The position numbers were made by a program, and so were the translations under genes. The notes beneath the pieces are model-generated. The model had not been told where the DNA came from. It searched no databases and saw only the letters and a list, made by a program, of their open reading frames with translations. 64,000 nt of DNA, taken from the sequence record NC_052656.1. One strand, 5' to 3'. This stretch comes from Escherichia phage anhysbys. This document shows, one piece after another, positions 60,852-64,000 of this stretch; within the stretch, counting starts at the first letter, position 1, and every line of letters starts with the position of its first letter.

Positions 60852-61850
60852 TCACCATTTAGTATGATTTGTTAAAAGTTGACGATGTTGAATCCAGCCT
60901 TTGAAATTGCCAGACCAAAACTTACCATTACGATCTACATGGGTAATACCTGGTTCCCAAGAGTTAAAATCCCAAGGAGCATTGATAAACAAATCTTCAA
61001 AACAGTTCTCCCCATATTGTTCGCATGTTTCTTGCATTGGGGTGGCTTGATGTTCAAACGGAGAAGCATGAACCTTGCGCCCAGTCAGCAAACGACCATA
61101 GATATCTAAAGCTTTATCTTTAGTTGCATTCAAACGACGATAGCTAACCTGTGCACAACACGAAGCTGAAATAGCTTTGGCTTCTTCCAAAGTAAGCACA
61201 ACAACTTCTCCAGATTCATCTTGAACATAGTATCCACCAAAAACAAAATGATCGTCACCTTCTGTGCCAATATTATCATAGAAATGGTCTACATAAGGTG
61301 TGTGCCATTGCCCTGGTTTCAGCACTTCTGGTGTAGATTCTTCATACTCTTTGTGCATCTCTTTAGCCAAAGCTTCGATAGTAGGATCGGCTTCTTTGTC
61401 ATCACGTAGCCACCAGAAATTTTCATATTCTGTTGCTGTCAGAACTGTTTTAATTCGTTGGAAAGGTTCCAGAAGACGGTTTGCAACTTGTTTGTGGTAC
61501 CCTGCCAAAGAGAATTCTTCTGCAAAACGTGCTGCACTAAGCGCGGCAAGATCCCACCACTCTTGAGCAGTATAACCTGCATCAATAAGAGCATCATGGT
61601 CAACACCTTTGTCCTGCATACCAGGTTGGTTAGCCCCAAAACGATAAGGACGAGCAGGCTGATTTCGAACCATTTCGATCAGTGTTTTAACAGGTATAGC
61701 ACGGCTAGAAGCAGCATTACGACTGAACAGGCGGTGAGTCATCAGTTCTGAATGAATAATACGTGGATATTCAAGTTCGAAAGTTACAATCTCTTTTCCG
61801 TCTTCAGTGATGGAATGCGCAATAATACTAGCCGAAATCTGTTTTGTCAT
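60852..61850 (-). CDS. thyX: flavin-dependent thymidylate synthase-like (ThyX family)
   Basis: HRLFSRNAASSRA fits ThyX HR.FS....S.R signature; 332 aa, longer than typical. Confidence 0.7.
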   Translation of the reverse strand: MTKQISASIIAHSITEDGKEIVTFELEYPRIIHSELMTHRLFSRNAASSRAIPVKTLIEMVRNQPARPYRFGANQPGMQDKGVDHDALIDAGYTAQEWWDLAALSAARFAEEFSLAGYHKQVANRLLEPFQRIKTVLTATEYENFWWLRDDKEADPTIEALAKEMHKEYEESTPEVLKPGQWHTPYVDHFYDNIGTEGDDHFVFGGYYVQDESGEVVVLTLEEAKAISASCCAQVSYRRLNATKDKALDIYGRLLTGRKVHASPFEHQATPMQETCEQYGENCFEDLFINAPWDFNSWEPGITHVDRNGKFWSGNFKGWIQHRQLLTNHTKW

Positions 61851-61859
61851 TTTTTCTCC

Positions 61860-62468
61860 TTAGTTTTTAAAATTGTTCAAAGTGTTAAAAACATCCAAAC
61901 ATGTTAGCCACTGATCTTCTAAACCTGTGATCACAACATTTGGTTTTTTCTTTAGTTCTTCTAGATGGTTATCTTTATAAGGCGTATTAAAATATATTTT
62001 AACCACTTCATCTGGAAAATATAGTAGGTTATCAGCCCTGTCATCTATTGCTATATCACAAGGCAATAAGTATTTTTCTTTCGTAGCAAAAAAGCCGTTG
62101 CCAGATCCTTTGCTAAAATCAATCGTATCTAATGTTCTTAAAACATGCTTATGTTTAGAACTTAAGTGACCACCTTTTGTCACACTTGCGATCAAAAGAT
62201 TGCTACCTTTCCTTGAAACATACTTTAAGAAATCTGGCATACCTGGAACAAAACCCATTGTATCATAGAGATGAGGATTATCCAGAAATCCGTAAGGATC
62301 TATATTGAACTCCTCCCTGAAACCAGGAAAGTAGTTGGTAAGATCATAGTCTGCATTTTTTGTGAATGTGTCTATCTTAACACCAAGTCCACTAATCTTA
62401 TTCAACCATTCTAACCAAGCAACATCTAATGGAGCCACAACTAAATCCCAATCACATACTATCTGCAT
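61860..62468 (-). CDS. HAD-superfamily hydrolase (possible 5'-nucleotidase)
   Basis: N-terminal DWDLV fits HAD motif I D.D.(T/V); later IASVTKGG and IAIDDRADN. Confidence 0.55.
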   Translation of the reverse strand: MQIVCDWDLVVAPLDVAWLEWLNKISGLGVKIDTFTKNADYDLTNYFPGFREEFNIDPYGFLDNPHLYDTMGFVPGMPDFLKYVSRKGSNLLIASVTKGGHLSSKHKHVLRTLDTIDFSKGSGNGFFATKEKYLLPCDIAIDDRADNLLYFPDEVVKIYFNTPYKDNHLEELKKKPNVVITGLEDQWLTCLDVFNTLNNFKN

Positions 62469-62504
62469 AAAACCTCCTCTCTCTTTTAGTATAGTTATCT
62501 TATA

Positions 62505-63080
62505 CTAACTTTCAATTTCCTGCAATAGGATTTTGACTATTTGTTTACGGCGTTTTGCTACTGTGCTTTCAGGTTCTATTTTACGCTTCTTCAGCCATGC
62601 TTTATCTTTCTTAGCTCTGCACAAAGCTATCGCTTCTTTTTCAGCTTTCGCTTCTTCAAAAGATATACCTTGTTTATCTGCATAAGCAAGAATAGAGTTG
62701 CACAATTTACAAACCATTCGCAAATCTTCTTCTTTCACATAGATTAAACGGAAAACAAAAAGAGGAATATCATCAAAACATTGAAGTTGTTTTGCTGCGT
62801 GAATATGATCCACTTGGAAGTCTTTCATTCCTCCTCTATGTCCACATATTTCGCACTCACAATTCCAAACTTGTTTTGGTTTTCCAGTTTTCTTGTCTAT
62901 CATCACATTGCCGTCTTTATCTACTCGATCAACTTTAAAACGCCTTGCATTGATAACCTTAATTTTATTAGGGTGTCTCATCCATGCTTTTCTAAAACAT
63001 CCCCTAAGATAAGTATAAAATTCAGCTTGTGTTTTCCAGGGTGTTCCTTCACCCCACATTATTTTTGGTTCACCTGCCAA
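62505..63080 (-). CDS. HNH endonuclease (likely free-standing homing endonuclease)
   Basis: CECEICGH ... QVDHIHA ... CKLCNSILA; flanked by terminator and own promoter region. Confidence 0.75.
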   Translation of the reverse strand: MAGEPKIMWGEGTPWKTQAEFYTYLRGCFRKAWMRHPNKIKVINARRFKVDRVDKDGNVMIDKKTGKPKQVWNCECEICGHRGGMKDFQVDHIHAAKQLQCFDDIPLFVFRLIYVKEEDLRMVCKLCNSILAYADKQGISFEEAKAEKEAIALCRAKKDKAWLKKRKIEPESTVAKRRKQIVKILLQEIES

Positions 63081-63138
63081 TATTGCTCACCTTTTTAGCT
63101 GTATATTCCCCTGGTGGGATATTGTGTTTAAAAAACAA

Positions 63139-63175
63139 AAGGCGGTCTAACCCCGCCTTGCACATTGTTTCTGGA
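63139..63175 (-). terminator. rho-independent terminator (minus strand)
   Basis: Minus-strand AAGGCGGGG-TTAGA-CCGCCTT + TTGTTTTTT between 63248 gene and HNH gene. Confidence 0.55.
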
Positions 63176-63247
63176 ATAGTCAAAGTTAGTAAAAGTTTAT
63201 CACCTTTTCGGTTGAATATTTTATAAACTTCTCCTGCTCCATATTGT

Positions 63248-63649
63248 TTAGTATTGCTCGCCACTAATACGTTCCTTAAGTTGTTTAATAGCTTCGATTG
63301 CATCTACATAAGAAGAGTTATACATGTGTTTCAGTGCTACTCGTACTAAAGGATCTTTTGTGAAGAAATCAATAAGAAGCATAGCTTGATCATGTTTAGC
63401 TGCATTTGTCATAGATGGATAATTTTCACGAACCATATACGTGTTATTTTGCATAAGGGTTCTTTCTAGTTCAATACAATGAATAGCTTTATCTAGGTTA
63501 ATCTGACGTTCACCTTTAATACGTGTTGCGTATTTTGCCAATTTGCAAAAACAAGGTGTGCCACCAACCAAATAAGCTAGTTCAATAGGTTGCATTGCCA
63601 TTTTTGTGTAGTGATCACCGTCAACCTGATTATCAAAAGCATTAGACAT
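63248..63649 (-). CDS. hypothetical protein
   Basis: ORF track 133 aa; terminator hairpin downstream. Confidence 0.55.
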   Translation of the reverse strand: MSNAFDNQVDGDHYTKMAMQPIELAYLVGGTPCFCKLAKYATRIKGERQINLDKAIHCIELERTLMQNNTYMVRENYPSMTNAAKHDQAMLLIDFFTKDPLVRVALKHMYNSSYVDAIEAIKQLKERISGEQY

Positions 63650-63869
63650 AATTTTCCTCCTGAATTCCTACTGCGCCTTCTTCTGGGTAATCTGTATAAT
63701 AAGCTACCCTACCTTGATAGATAACATCACCATCATCATTGTAGATTGCTGTATCTTCTTGAATTGTTATTTCAACGTCAAGTAAATCTGGGTCTTTCTC
63801 GATGGTATAGTTTAAACCTAACATTTCAAACAGTTCGAAAATTTCGTTACCTGTTAATGTAATGCTCAT
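63642..63869 (-). CDS. hypothetical protein
   Basis: Track frame 63642-63914; start refined to MSITLTGNEIF after AAAGGAGGAAA. Confidence 0.5.
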   Translation of the reverse strand: MSITLTGNEIFELFEMLGLNYTIEKDPDLLDVEITIQEDTAIYNDDGDVIYQGRVAYYTDYPEEGAVGIQEENYV

Positions 63870-63896
63870 ATTTCCTCCTTTTATTGTGGTTAGCAG

Positions 63897-63925
63897 AGTA
63901 TACACTAATATCAAATTTTTGTCAA
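63897..63925 (-). promoter_or_regulatory. near-consensus sigma70 promoter (minus strand)
   Basis: Reverse complement reads TTGACA-17-TATACT; drives gene starting ~63869. Confidence 0.6.
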
Positions 63926-63938
63926 TAAAAAAGGGAGC

Positions 63939-63957
63939 AATAAGCTCCCTGATTATT
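63939..63957 (-). terminator. rho-independent terminator (minus strand)
   Basis: Minus-strand GGGAGC-TTATT-GCTCCC + TTTTTTATT upstream of promoter 63897-63925. Confidence 0.55.
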
Positions 63958-64000
63958 AGATTCCAATAATAGTTGCTGCTCGTTTATCTTTGGATCTGGT

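Noticed and set aside
41678-63226. Plus-strand ORFs within the minus-strand block (for example 41678-42154, 45648-45947, 56055-56547, 58819-59049, 61300-61751, 62541-63226) and nested minus ORFs 58644-58907 and 60327-60527
   Set aside because: Embedded in recognisable genes (Sir2, nrdA, nrdB, thyX, HNH) or low-complexity translations; frame artefacts.
63070-63303. ORF 63070-63303 (minus, 77 aa)
   Set aside because: Spans the intergenic terminator hairpin and overlaps the start of the HNH gene and the end of the 63248 gene; likely spurious.

Overview
The window reads as a gene-dense virulent dsDNA phage genome with T4-superfamily-like hallmarks: a T4-type lysozyme, class Ia ribonucleotide reductase, CUUCGG-type intercistronic hairpins and repeated early-promoter/stem-loop cassettes. 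No rRNA, tRNA, CRISPR array or integrase was recognised. Layout: (1) 1-4883, minus-strand block of small hypothetical genes; (2) 4998-10922, plus-strand block with an AAA+ ATPase, a Zn-ribbon/GIY-YIG-like protein and a NADAR-domain protein; (3) 10923-12267, ORF-poor region with AT-rich direct repeats, three Fur-box-like palindromes and a GC-rich island; (4) 12268-21853, about 30 small plus-strand genes, nearly each preceded by its own sigma70-like promoter and a GC-rich 5' stem-loop (PeSL-like cassette array); (5) 21854-23462, 1.6 kb ORF-free strand-skewed region with palindromes and iterons; (6) 23463-41064, plus-strand small genes including a seven-member paralogous family and a serine recombinase; (7) 41134-63914, minus-strand block encoding Sir2-like protein, two putative DNA methyltransferases, a Ser/Thr phosphatase, an HslV-like peptidase, PhoH, lysozyme, glutaredoxin, RmlC/RmlD, NrdA/NrdB, ThyX-like enzyme, a HAD hydrolase and an HNH endonuclease. 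All functional calls rest on motifs I recognised by eye in the supplied translations; no database search was run. Coordinates of features I derived myself (small ORFs, refined starts, hairpins) may be off by 1-2 nt.
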